From a bacterium (GTDB lineage Bacteria > Patescibacteriota > Minisyncoccia > Phycocordibacterales > UBA5272), in assembly GCA_043765155.1 (NCBI GenBank), contig JAYUJP010000053.1, forward strand, positions 14,116 to 78,115: a DNA stretch of 64,000 nt, given 5' to 3'. Numbering within the stretch: the stretch's first letter is position 1; the number at the start of each line of letters is the position of its first letter. The position numbers and the translations under genes are program-made. The notes beneath the pieces are model-generated. The model was not told the DNA's origin, did no database searches, and saw nothing but the letters and a program-made list of their open reading frames with translations. Positions 11,195 to 21,460 of the stretch are shown here, piece by piece.

Positions 11195-11674
11195 ATGAGT
11201 AGCCCTGAAAAATCTTTTGCCTCTCATATGCTACGCTATGTAGGGGTAGGACTAATATCTGGATCAATAGTTCACGCTGGTACACTTGGTGGTAATGTAA
11301 CTCAGTATGTAGCGCTAATAGTCCTAGGAGTAATAGCATTTATATATGGCACATATTTAGAATATGATAATAGGATAGATAAAAAGTTTGTATCATTTAT
11401 ATTGATCTCGGTAGTGATATCTATCGGGACCGGCATGGTTAGCGGCGGCACTCAGCATTATCTAGACGGTCCGGTATTTGCGTCTATTATATTACCTATT
11501 GGTCTACTTGTCGCGTATATCGCTTATTTATATAGGGATTACGGAAATAAAATGTCCATAAAAAGAATCTTAACTGCTATATGTCTAACTTCTCTACTTA
11601 GTTTTGTACTTTATACAACAGCACATCAGATACCAACGGCAGAAAATCATCACGCCTTAAACGAGGAACACTAA
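11195..11674 (+). CDS. Hypothetical membrane protein with internal GxGxxSGxxxH repeat
   Basis: GVGLISGSIVH and GTGMVSGGTQH; about 5 TM segments; His-containing tail; operonic with DUF305. Confidence 0.8.
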   Translation: MSSPEKSFASHMLRYVGVGLISGSIVHAGTLGGNVTQYVALIVLGVIAFIYGTYLEYDNRIDKKFVSFILISVVISIGTGMVSGGTQHYLDGPVFASIILPIGLLVAYIAYLYRDYGNKMSIKRILTAICLTSLLSFVLYTTAHQIPTAENHHALNEEH

Positions 11675-11678
11675 TGGA

Positions 11679-11717
11679 AAAGCAAAAAGTGCAGACGAAG
11701 GCCGCACTTTTTGCTTT
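11679..11717. terminator. Bidirectional terminator between the Cu operon and rpoC
   Basis: AAAGCAAAAAGTGC..C-GAA-G..GCACTTTTTGCTTT between convergent genes. Confidence 0.7.
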
Positions 11718-11764
11718 GATTACTATTTTTATTTATAAAAAATTTAAAATAAATTCTTATCTAA

Positions 11765-14700
11765 TTAAATTCCCCTTATACCTGTACCTGCTGGTATTAG
11801 CTTACCTATGATTACATTCTCTTTTAGTCCCATCAAGTTATCAACCTGACCGCGAGTAGCGGCTTGGATTAGAACCTTGGTGGTGCTCTGGAATGAAGCG
11901 CTCGATAGCCAAGACGTAGTAGTTAGTGACACCTCAGAGACTCCAAGTATTAGATTGTTAGCCTCAGCTACTTTTCCATTACTTGCTTTTACTCTGTTGT
12001 TCTCATCTCTGAATGTTGAGATCTCGATTAGGTCTCCTTGTGAGAATCTACTGTCGCCTGGAGACGTTATACGTACACGGCTAGTCATCTGCTTGATGAT
12101 AACCTCAAGATGCTTTCTTGAAATAGCAGCACCCTGTAGCTCATATACTTTTAGTATTTCTGTTACAATGTACTCCTCAGCATATTCTGGACCTGCGTAC
12201 TTGTAGATCTCATCTATATCACATGATCCGTCGGTTAGTATCTGACCCTTTTTGACTCTATCGCCCTTTTTGACAAGAGTAGATCTTCTTGGACCCATGC
12301 TATACTCAACTATTTTACCCTTCTTATTACCCTTAGCAGTATCTGCCTCATCGGCTAATATAACTATAGTACGGTCTCCCTTTTCTGTTCTGATATCATA
12401 CACCTCACCGTCTTCATGAGCGATAGTCGCTGGTGACTTTGGCATACGTCTTTCGAATATCTCTTCTACGCGTGGTAGACCTGAAGTGATGTCAGTACCC
12501 GCCACACCTCCGGAGTGGAATGTACGCATAGTTAGCTGTGTACCCGGCTCACCTACGGCCTGAGCAGCGACTATACCTATAGCCTCACCAAGATTAACAT
12601 ATTTGTTACGTCCCATGTCAAGTCCATAACATTTACGACATACGCCGTGTAATGATGTACACTTGAGCGGTATAAATACATGTACCTCTTGTATATCTGA
12701 TGCCTCTATTGCTAGGGCCTCAGGTACAGTTATAAGATGCTTCTCGGCTAATACCACTCCGTTTAGATTTAACTCTTTTGCTAATATTCTACCGCGGACA
12801 AATTTGGCTATTGATATTTCATTTCCAAATATATTATGTCTTCTAAAAGTCTTATACTCTTTTGTACCACAATCTTCTTCGGTAATGATAGCGTCTTGGG
12901 CAACGTCTACAAGTCTACGAGTAAGATAACCAGCCTGAGCTGTCTTAAGGGCCGTATCCGAGTTACCTTTACGAGCACCGTAAGTAGTAATAAAGTATTC
13001 CATTGGTGTTAGACCCTGTATATATGATGACAATACCGGATAGTCTAGCTGCTTACCCGAGTTGTTAACGATAATACCTTTCATACCGGCTAGCTGTATT
13101 AGCTGTGCCATCGAGCCACGCGCACCAGAAGTTATAAGGTCATATACTGAGCTACTATTTGTTACGTTTTTAGCCAATACATCCTGCACGCTTTTTCTAA
13201 TATCTTGCCATACATGTATAGTCTTTTCATATCTTTCATCATCTGAGAGTAGTCCTTCGCCAAAGTTTTCATTTATACTCTCAACTTTTTTCCATCCGAC
13301 ATCTATCATCTCATACTTTTCTTTTGGCTCTGTTACTGCGGTTAAGTTCCAAGTAGTTCCTGACTTTGCAGCATACTTGAATCCAAAAGATTTTATCTTA
13401 TCGATTATTCTTGGCGCTTCATCAGCTGAGAATTTAGAAAATACGTCCTCCATGATTTGATTCATTTTCTTTTTGTCTACTGCCTCATTGATATATGCAT
13501 ACTCAGATGAGAATACGCTATTCCATAATAATCTTCCTACTGTTGTCTCAAATACTTTACCTTCAAATTGTGCATACTTTAGCTTATCAGTTGGCATAAC
13601 ATGTATCTTGGCTCTCATATCTACTATACCAAAGTCATTAGCGGTTATGGCTTCATTTGGGCTGGTAAAGTATTTACCTTCACCATGAGCGCCAGGTACC
13701 ACTGTGGTCATCCAAAAGGCTCCGAGTATCATATCCATGCGCGGATTAACTATAGAGTCTCCTGATCCCGGCTTAAGTAGATTACGATGCGCAGCCATCA
13801 GGTCACGAGCTTCACGCTGAGCCTCATCAGAAAGCGGAAGATGTACGGCCATCTGGTCTCCGTCAAAGTCCGCGTTAAATGCCTCACACACAAGTGGATG
13901 CAGCTGTATAGCTTTACCCTCAATTAGTCTTGGCTTGAACGCTTGTATACCTAATCTATGTAGTGTTGGCGCACGATTAAGTAGTACGTACTTACCCTGT
14001 ATAACTTCCTCAAGTATAGCCCATACTTCTGGTATGCTGTCTTCTATTAATTTGTTAGCTCCTCTTATGTTAAAAGTAAATTCTCTTTCTATAAGCTTAG
14101 AGATTATGAATGGCTTGAATAATTCCATTGCCATGTTTTTAGGCAGTCCACACTCTTCAAGAGTTAGCTCTGGACCCACCACAATAACTGAACGAGCTGA
14201 ATAGTCCACACGTTTACCAAGTAGGTTACCACGCAGTATACCTGTCTTACCTTTTAAATTATCAGAAAGTGATTTTAAGACTCTTTTTTGACCAGTAAGG
14301 GCTACAGCTGCATCACCATGACGAGCCGAATTATCAATAAGAGCGTCAACAGCCTCTTGAAGTATACGCTTTTCATTTCTAAGAATCACGTCTGGCGCGT
14401 CTATTTCAAGAAGTTTCTTAAGACGAGTATTTCTGTTTATAACTCTTCTGTAAAGATCATTCACATCACTAGTCGCGTGACGTCCACCCTCAAGAGCAAC
14501 CATAGGTCTTATACCTGCTGGTACTACTGGTAACGCTGACATAAACATCCACTCTGGGCGCTGGCCAGAATTTTTAAATGCACGCACTAGTGACAATCTC
14601 TTTTCTAATTTCTCCCTGTCTGTAGATCCAGAATCAGCAAGTAGCGCTGCTACGTCCTTTTCTAATACTTCAAGGTCGATATTTTTAAATATATTATGTA

Positions 14701-15352
14701 TTGCCTCGGCTCCGATAGCAGCCTCAAAACATGTGCCATAACGCATAGCGTATCTGTGATATACTGACTCATCTATTATTTTCCAGGGTCTTAGATCTTT
14801 TATTTCTTTTTTAGCAGCGTCCATCAATTCTATAAGTCTATCTCTTGTCTTTTCGTCTTGAGTTGATTTTATCTTCTCTTTGAATTCTGACTCAAGGGAC
14901 TTGATAACTTCTGCTTTTGTCTCCTCATTCACACTTGTGATTATGTATCCAGCAAAATATATCACCTTCTCAACGTCAGATAGCGTAGACCCTAGCATCA
15001 TAGCTATACGTCCTGGTACATTACGGAGAAACCATATATGCGCTACAGGTACAGCTAGGTCAATATGACCCATACGCTCACGTCTTACTATGGACTTTGT
15101 GACTTCCACTCCACACTTCTCACATATTATGCCCTTATATCTAATACGGCGATATTTACCACAGTAACATTCATAATCTTTTTCAGGTCCAAATATCTTT
15201 TCGTCAAATAGTCCATGTCTCTCACTTCTACCTGTACGATAGTTGATAGTCTCAGGTCTTGTTACTTCACCGTAACTCCAAGATCTTATTGATTCTGGAC
15301 TTGCTATACGAAGTGTCAGCGCATCGAAATTTTTTGTATTTATTGTTTTCAT
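11765..15352 (-). CDS. rpoC: RNA polymerase beta' subunit
   Basis: NADFDGD active site, N-terminal Zn finger CYCGK/CEKC, GEPGTQLTMRTFH. Confidence 0.99.
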   Translation of the reverse strand: MKTINTKNFDALTLRIASPESIRSWSYGEVTRPETINYRTGRSERHGLFDEKIFGPEKDYECYCGKYRRIRYKGIICEKCGVEVTKSIVRRERMGHIDLAVPVAHIWFLRNVPGRIAMMLGSTLSDVEKVIYFAGYIITSVNEETKAEVIKSLESEFKEKIKSTQDEKTRDRLIELMDAAKKEIKDLRPWKIIDESVYHRYAMRYGTCFEAAIGAEAIHNIFKNIDLEVLEKDVAALLADSGSTDREKLEKRLSLVRAFKNSGQRPEWMFMSALPVVPAGIRPMVALEGGRHATSDVNDLYRRVINRNTRLKKLLEIDAPDVILRNEKRILQEAVDALIDNSARHGDAAVALTGQKRVLKSLSDNLKGKTGILRGNLLGKRVDYSARSVIVVGPELTLEECGLPKNMAMELFKPFIISKLIEREFTFNIRGANKLIEDSIPEVWAILEEVIQGKYVLLNRAPTLHRLGIQAFKPRLIEGKAIQLHPLVCEAFNADFDGDQMAVHLPLSDEAQREARDLMAAHRNLLKPGSGDSIVNPRMDMILGAFWMTTVVPGAHGEGKYFTSPNEAITANDFGIVDMRAKIHVMPTDKLKYAQFEGKVFETTVGRLLWNSVFSSEYAYINEAVDKKKMNQIMEDVFSKFSADEAPRIIDKIKSFGFKYAAKSGTTWNLTAVTEPKEKYEMIDVGWKKVESINENFGEGLLSDDERYEKTIHVWQDIRKSVQDVLAKNVTNSSSVYDLITSGARGSMAQLIQLAGMKGIIVNNSGKQLDYPVLSSYIQGLTPMEYFITTYGARKGNSDTALKTAQAGYLTRRLVDVAQDAIITEEDCGTKEYKTFRRHNIFGNEISIAKFVRGRILAKELNLNGVVLAEKHLITVPEALAIEASDIQEVHVFIPLKCTSLHGVCRKCYGLDMGRNKYVNLGEAIGIVAAQAVGEPGTQLTMRTFHSGGVAGTDITSGLPRVEEIFERRMPKSPATIAHEDGEVYDIRTEKGDRTIVILADEADTAKGNKKGKIVEYSMGPRRSTLVKKGDRVKKGQILTDGSCDIDEIYKYAGPEYAEEYIVTEILKVYELQGAAISRKHLEVIIKQMTSRVRITSPGDSRFSQGDLIEISTFRDENNRVKASNGKVAEANNLILGVSEVSLTTTSWLSSASFQSTTKVLIQAATRGQVDNLMGLKENVIIGKLIPAGTGIRGI

Positions 15353-15387
15353 ATTTTTGATTCAGTAGAATCACCTACTGGGTATTT
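15352..15387 (-). repeat. Short leader element shared with the recO leader (45261-45297)
   Basis: GATTCAG(T/C)AGAATCACCTACTG(G/T)GTATTT occurs in both places. Confidence 0.75.
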
Positions 15388-15410
15388 ATTTTTTATTTTA
15401 TGAATGTTAC

Positions 15411-18400
15411 TTAGTTGTTAATAATTTTATTTTCTGTATCATGACCCGAGGTTCTCTCTTCTTCTGTATATTCCTCGCTACCAGCTATTTGTCTTGGGAC
15501 AACGTCAAGTCCTAGGCCACGCAGATTATTAAGTAATACATTAAATGAAGCTGGCGTACCTGGCTCATCTATATCTTCACCCTTGATAATAGCGTCATAT
15601 ACTTGTGAGCGACCTTCTATATCGTCCGACTTTATAGTTAACATCTCGCGAAGTGTGTGGGCTGCACCGTAACCTTCTAGCGCCCATACTTCCATTTCTC
15701 CAAATCTCTGACCTCCTCCCTGAGCTTTACCTCCTAGTGGCTGCTGAGTGATTAGTGAGTACGGACCTATAGAACGTTGATGAAGTTTATCTTCAACCAT
15801 GTGATGCAGCTTGAGCATGTACATAGTACCGACTGCTATAGGCTTTTCAAATGCTTCACCAGTACGTCCATCATAAAGTGTAATTGTTCCCGACTTATCC
15901 ATACCCGCTTTTTCAAGTTCTGTTTGTATCTCATCCACGCTCGCACCTTGGAATGCTGGCACTACTGCCTGATAGCCTAATTTCTCAGCTGCATAACCTA
16001 AATGCATCTCGAGTATTTGTCCTAGATTCATACGTGATGGTATACCAAGCGGTGTTAATATAACGTCAACCGGTGTACCGTCTGCCATGTACGGCATCTC
16101 TTCTATTGGTAACACTCTTGAGATTACTCCCTTATTACCATGACGTCCGGCTAGCTTGTCACCAACTGTAATATTTCTGATCTGTGCTACTTCTATATGT
16201 ATTCTTTTGATAACACCACTATCAAGTGAGTCACCACGATCACGTGAGAATATTTTTACTCCAACTATTCTACCTCTCTTACCATTATCAAGTCTAAGGC
16301 AAGTATCTTTTACGTCACGAACTTTTTCGCCAAATATAGATCTAAGCAGTCTCTCTTCTGGAGTTAATTCTGTCTCACCTTTTGGTGTAATCTTTCCTAC
16401 AAGTATATCACCTGGCAGAACTTCGGCTCCGACACGGATAATACCATCCTCATCTAGATTCTTAAGCTTAACCTCTGACACATTTGGTATGTCATGAGTA
16501 GTAACTTCTTCTCCAAGCTTAGTGTCACGAACATTACAGATAAATTCTTGTATATGTATTGATGTAAACTTTGAATTCTGTACTAACTTTTCTGAGATAA
16601 TAATCGCATCCTCATAATTGTATCCGCTCCATGGCATAAATGCGACAGTTACGTTTTGACCCAGGGCTACCTGACCATTTTCTGATGTAGATGAGTCGGC
16701 CATAATTTGTCCCTTTTCAACTTTTTGTCCTATACTAACTACTGGTGACTGATGAAATACATTGAACACATTAGTCTTGGCAAAAGTCACAAGATTATAA
16801 TCTTTTTCCTTTTTACCGTACTTTACGCTAATCTTTTTAGCATCAACATAAGTCACAGTACCCTCGTCCTCAGCGTATATCATACGACCTATATCACGCG
16901 CTGCTGTCTCCTCTGTACCTGTTGATACATAAGGGGCCTCACGTACCATTAGTGGTACAGCTTGTCTTTGCATGTTACTTCCCATCAGTGCACGGTTGGC
17001 GTCATCATGCTCTAGGAATGGGATCATTGATGTTGCTACTGAGTAGGCCTGATTGGTCGCTACGTCCACGTACTGCACCTCACTCACATTCACAATAGCT
17101 GGCTGAGAATATCTACGTGCTGATATTTTCTCACCTTGTATTTTCATATTCTTGTCATAGTCTATAGAAAGCGGAGCGATAATATGCTTCTCTTCTTCAA
17201 ATGCATTCATGTATACTACCTCTTCTGTTATTTTGCCATTTTTAACTTTGGCATATGGAGTCTCGATAATACCAAATTCATTGATACGTGCATAATTAGC
17301 TTGTCTTAAAATTAGACCGATATTTGGACCCTCAGGAGTTTGTATAGGGCATACACGTCCATAATGACTTGTATGTACGTCACGCACCTCAAATCCAGCA
17401 CGCTCGCGAGTAAGTCCGCCGGGACCGAGGGCAGAAAGTGTACGCAAAGATTCTATCTCAGAAAGTAGATTCTCCTGATCCATGAATTGTGACAATTGAT
17501 TCACTGTAAAGAATTCTTTGATTCTAGCTTGTAATGGGCGCTGATTTACAACAGTAATAGGAAGAGTTGTGTCAACGTCGATAACTGACATCTTATCTTG
17601 TATATTTCTCTTCATCTGTAACATACCTTTACGCACTTGCTGGGCCATCATTTCTCCTACAAATCTAACACGTCTTGAACCAAGATGATCTATATCATCA
17701 GGCTGACTACTAGCATCTTTGTTAAGTTTGATTAGTTCCTCCACGATCATAACTATATCCTCTTTTGAAATAGTTTTTCTTATTTTCTTTTCATCAGTAG
17801 GTAGATCAAATCTTTTGTTAAATCTAAAACGTCCAACAGGAGATATATCATATCTCTCTTCTCCAAATAATCCGTCAAAATATTCTTTTGCATTTTCTGG
17901 AGTAGCCATATCACCATCACGCAGCTTTTTGTATATTTCTACATAACTTTCTGACTGTGACTTTATCATATCTTTTGCAAGTAGGGCGCGTATAAATTCT
18001 TGTGACTCTGCGTTAAAAGCTTTTAAGATCTGATCATCAGTACCAAGTCCAAACACGCGCAGTAGTGGTATAATACCAAATTTTCTTTTCTTGTCGATAC
18101 GCACTGATATCTCATTGTCCGGCTCAGAGAGTATCTCAGACCAGGCTCCGCGGCTAGGTATAACTTTTGCTAAAAAGTATCTTTTGCCCTTGATCTCATC
18201 TGTGTCGAAGAACACACCAAAAGATCTAGCGAGTTGAGGTACCACTACACGCTCAACACCGTTCACGATAAATGTACCGTGTACTGTCATCACTGGAAAG
18301 TCAGCCAAAAAGATATCCTGCTCCTTTGAGGTACCGAGTATCTTATTGGTAAGCTTTATCTTGCCGCGCATAGGCGCCTCATAAGATAGCTTATTATCTT

Positions 18401-18638
18401 TTGCATACACCTCATCATGTTTTGGAGCTGATATCTCGTATGACAAAAATTCTAAAGAGAACTTTTTGTCTGAGTAATCATTTATAGGAGAAAATTCCTT
18501 GAATATTTCTGCTACATCTTTTTCGACTAGGTTTTTATAAGAAAGTAATTGATTTTCCACCATGTTTGGGAGGTCTATCAAGGGTTTGCGATATTTTGCA
18601 AATGTTTTTTTGGGTAAGCTTGCTACACTTTTGTTCAT
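15411..18638 (-). CDS. rpoB: RNA polymerase beta subunit
   Basis: GDKLAGRHGNKG, GGQRFGEMEVWALE, TPEGPNIGL. Confidence 0.99.
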   Translation of the reverse strand: MNKSVASLPKKTFAKYRKPLIDLPNMVENQLLSYKNLVEKDVAEIFKEFSPINDYSDKKFSLEFLSYEISAPKHDEVYAKDNKLSYEAPMRGKIKLTNKILGTSKEQDIFLADFPVMTVHGTFIVNGVERVVVPQLARSFGVFFDTDEIKGKRYFLAKVIPSRGAWSEILSEPDNEISVRIDKKRKFGIIPLLRVFGLGTDDQILKAFNAESQEFIRALLAKDMIKSQSESYVEIYKKLRDGDMATPENAKEYFDGLFGEERYDISPVGRFRFNKRFDLPTDEKKIRKTISKEDIVMIVEELIKLNKDASSQPDDIDHLGSRRVRFVGEMMAQQVRKGMLQMKRNIQDKMSVIDVDTTLPITVVNQRPLQARIKEFFTVNQLSQFMDQENLLSEIESLRTLSALGPGGLTRERAGFEVRDVHTSHYGRVCPIQTPEGPNIGLILRQANYARINEFGIIETPYAKVKNGKITEEVVYMNAFEEEKHIIAPLSIDYDKNMKIQGEKISARRYSQPAIVNVSEVQYVDVATNQAYSVATSMIPFLEHDDANRALMGSNMQRQAVPLMVREAPYVSTGTEETAARDIGRMIYAEDEGTVTYVDAKKISVKYGKKEKDYNLVTFAKTNVFNVFHQSPVVSIGQKVEKGQIMADSSTSENGQVALGQNVTVAFMPWSGYNYEDAIIISEKLVQNSKFTSIHIQEFICNVRDTKLGEEVTTHDIPNVSEVKLKNLDEDGIIRVGAEVLPGDILVGKITPKGETELTPEERLLRSIFGEKVRDVKDTCLRLDNGKRGRIVGVKIFSRDRGDSLDSGVIKRIHIEVAQIRNITVGDKLAGRHGNKGVISRVLPIEEMPYMADGTPVDVILTPLGIPSRMNLGQILEMHLGYAAEKLGYQAVVPAFQGASVDEIQTELEKAGMDKSGTITLYDGRTGEAFEKPIAVGTMYMLKLHHMVEDKLHQRSIGPYSLITQQPLGGKAQGGGQRFGEMEVWALEGYGAAHTLREMLTIKSDDIEGRSQVYDAIIKGEDIDEPGTPASFNVLLNNLRGLGLDVVPRQIAGSEEYTEEERTSGHDTENKIINN

Positions 18639-18936
18639 ATTTAAAATAAATAATTATTAAAAATTAAATAGCATTTTAAAAATAAGAAAATCACACTGGA
18701 CGTTTTATGGCTTTAAAGTGTGAGAATTTTTAAAATAATATTTAGATAATTAATTTTAATGGGAGATTGATAATTATAGACTTACTAGTTAATTAGCTTG
18801 TCTTTCGGCACCGATTTCTTGTCGCGCTGGTCTATACACAATCTTTAGCGTTTGCATATTATATCACAATTTGGATTAAAAGCAAGCGCTTTTCCACATA
18901 ATTTCGCTTAAATGTCTACACATTACATTTTTGTAC

Positions 18937-20403
18937 TCATATCTTATATTTATAGTATATATCTTTTATATTTTCTATCAGTTTTTCAAGTTCTCTTTTA
19001 GTAGTAGCCCTACCCATAGTGATGCGAATATTTTCATTACTTTCCTTTTCGCTAGCGCCCATAGCGCGCAGTACATATGACCCCTCGCCTATTTCGTTAC
19101 TACTGCATGCCGACTTGTGAGATACACAGAACCCCTTGTAGTCTAGCCTTATAACCATCTCGTCACTCAGTATGCCCGGCAGGCCTATGTTTATGTTATT
19201 AGGTAGCGACTCCAGATTAAAATAGTTAATTCTAGCGCTAATTTTATTGTTATCTACAGCCAGATTTCCTTTGTTAATTTTATTAAAACTATTTTTTAAC
19301 CAGCTATTTAATATATTTTCTTTTTTATTAATAATTTTATTTACATCATTTTTATGAGTGTATATTTTTATCTCTGATATTTCTTTTTTAACTTTCTCTA
19401 AAAAGTAATTTTGTAAGTCTAACATTCTTACGATTTCAATATCTCTTTTCTCTTTTGCTATTTTAAGAGCATGCGCTAGACCGACTATTTTAACCACATC
19501 TTCTGTGCCGCTTCTGAGTCCTCTTTCTTGGCCACCACCATGGATTATAGGCGTAATATTTATACTTTTATGTTTGTATAATAAGCCTACCCCTTTTGGA
19601 CCATAAGTCTTGCAGCCATTTATGCTTAGCATATCGGCTCTTAACTTTTTAATATCTAGGTCAAGATAATTCCCCGCCTGCATCGCATCTATGTAATAGG
19701 CTATTTTATTGTGCCTGTCTCCGGTGCGCGCTTCGCGCGCACCGGCACTATTATTGTTTATACTAGTATTATACAAATCTATAATTCTCCCAATCTCCTT
19801 TACCGGCTGCACACGACCTGTCTCATTATTAGCATACATTATACTAACTAAAATTATATTATCTTTATTTTCTAATCCGGAATTTTTAAGTATTTCTCTA
19901 AGGTGATTTTCATCAACACGTCCAGTCTCATCAACTTCTAAGTATTTAATTTTTACTAGGCCTTTGCTTTCTAAATGTAAAACAGGGTTAAGTACTGCAG
20001 AATGCTCAATGTTACTTGTAATTATAGTGGGAATAGAGTTTTTTATAGGATCAGATTTTGAGTTTTTGTTTTCATTTTCTTTTAGATAATTTTCTATATA
20101 ACCAATTAGTCCCATATTTAAACTTTCTGTACCAGATCCTGTAAAAATAATTTCCTGACTTGCGCAATTTAAAACACTAGAGATTATTTTTCTACTTTCT
20201 TCTATTTTATTTTTGGCCTCTACTCCCATTCTATATATTCCTGACGGGTTAGCATACAAACTCTCTGCCTCATGCATAGCTTTTACGACTTCATCGTCAA
20301 CAGGTGTCGCAGCAGCGTGGTCTAGGTAAACATTATTATAAGCATTATTATTATGCTTTTTTTCTACAAAAATGTTTTTAAGGTTTATATTTAAAAAATT
20401 CAT
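18937..20403 (-). CDS. iscS: Cysteine desulfurase (IscS/NifS family) with low-complexity inserts
   Basis: YLDHAAATP, IFTGSGTES, NNETG, K.YGPKGVG, GGQERGLRSGT, SACSS. Confidence 0.9.
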   Translation of the reverse strand: MNFLNINLKNIFVEKKHNNNAYNNVYLDHAAATPVDDEVVKAMHEAESLYANPSGIYRMGVEAKNKIEESRKIISSVLNCASQEIIFTGSGTESLNMGLIGYIENYLKENENKNSKSDPIKNSIPTIITSNIEHSAVLNPVLHLESKGLVKIKYLEVDETGRVDENHLREILKNSGLENKDNIILVSIMYANNETGRVQPVKEIGRIIDLYNTSINNNSAGAREARTGDRHNKIAYYIDAMQAGNYLDLDIKKLRADMLSINGCKTYGPKGVGLLYKHKSINITPIIHGGGQERGLRSGTEDVVKIVGLAHALKIAKEKRDIEIVRMLDLQNYFLEKVKKEISEIKIYTHKNDVNKIINKKENILNSWLKNSFNKINKGNLAVDNNKISARINYFNLESLPNNINIGLPGILSDEMVIRLDYKGFCVSHKSACSSNEIGEGSYVLRAMGASEKESNENIRITMGRATTKRELEKLIENIKDIYYKYKI

Positions 20404-20433
20404 AAATTACACTTACACTTTTTATTCATCTAA

Positions 20434-20925
20434 TTATCTTACATCCCCCATCACCTCTTTTGTATGATCAGCAGGTTTTACACTCTCGTATATTTTTTCT
20501 ATTTTACCATTAGTATCTATCAGTATGCTTTTGCGCAATACTCCTAAGAATTCTCTTCCCATAAATTTTTTCGGTGCCCAGGCATTATAACTTTTTATCA
20601 TCTCAGTACTTTCATCTGATAAAATAGGAAAGTTAAGATTATATTTTTCTGCGAACTTTTTGTGACTTTTTATACTATCTTTGCTCACACCCAAAATTAC
20701 AAGTCCGCATTTTTCTAATTCACTACTACTATCTCTAAAGTTACAAGCCTCCGTAGTACATCCTGGCGTATCATCTTTTGGATAAAAATATATGAGGACT
20801 TTTTTATTTTGTTTTGTGTATTGTGACAAACTTCTCTCTATACCGTCTTGATCGAGTAATTTAAAATCAGGAGCTATATCTCCAATTTTTAATATTGCAT
20901 TTTCTTTTATTTGAGCTTTTTCCAT
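20434..20925 (-). CDS. bcp: Peroxiredoxin BCP/PrxQ
   Basis: YFYPKDDTPGCTTEACNFRD. Confidence 0.95.
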   Translation of the reverse strand: MEKAQIKENAILKIGDIAPDFKLLDQDGIERSLSQYTKQNKKVLIYFYPKDDTPGCTTEACNFRDSSSELEKCGLVILGVSKDSIKSHKKFAEKYNLNFPILSDESTEMIKSYNAWAPKKFMGREFLGVLRKSILIDTNGKIEKIYESVKPADHTKEVMGDVR

Positions 20926-20942
20926 ATTTTTTATTTATATTA

Positions 20943-21416
20943 TAATTATAACACAACACAAAAATTTATATATACTTATATTGCATACGTAACTTATGAT
21001 CATTATACAAAACTATTTCTTCATATAACCCTCAACATAATCAACCCACTCTAAATATAAACCATTTTCAAATCCACCTCTAGCTTTTTTCTTTTCATCT
21101 CTTATTTTTAAGACCTCATCCAAGGAGATATTATTATGATGTAGTACGGCATCAATAACTTCTATTAGGTCACCTAACTCTTCTTTTAAGTCACTCTTAT
21201 CAGTCTTATCATAACTTTCTATTACTTCTTGCACTTCTTCTTGTATTTTATCTTTTAGCTTTTCTAAAATTTCTTCTTTGCTTATATACTTGTACGATAT
21301 ATCATCATATACTCCTCCTATCTTTTTATCATTATCCCAAATATCAATCATCTTGTCTCGGACTAATTTGTTATAAACTTTTTTCATAAATTAATTATAA
21401 CACAACACAAAAATTT
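20943..21416. repeat. Exact 25-bp direct repeat (20943-20967 and 21392-21416) flanking the MazG-like gene
   Basis: TAATTATAACACAACACAAAAATTT occurs twice; each copy contains the minus-strand extended -10 TGTGTTATAAT. Confidence 0.85.
21013..21387 (-). CDS. MazG-like nucleoside triphosphate pyrophosphohydrolase (COG4997 type)
   Basis: YNKLVRD, KIQEEVQE, EELGDLIEV, K.K.RGGF. Confidence 0.88.
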   Translation of the reverse strand: MKKVYNKLVRDKMIDIWDNDKKIGGVYDDISYKYISKEEILEKLKDKIQEEVQEVIESYDKTDKSDLKEELGDLIEVIDAVLHHNNISLDEVLKIRDEKKKARGGFENGLYLEWVDYVEGYMKK

Positions 21417-21460
21417 TATATATTTTTGTAAAATATAAAAAGTGTGTTATATTCTGTATT

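Noticed and set aside
11877-17946. Numerous plus-strand ORFs within rpoB/rpoC
   Set aside because: Antisense shadows of conserved genes, with no motifs or expression signals.
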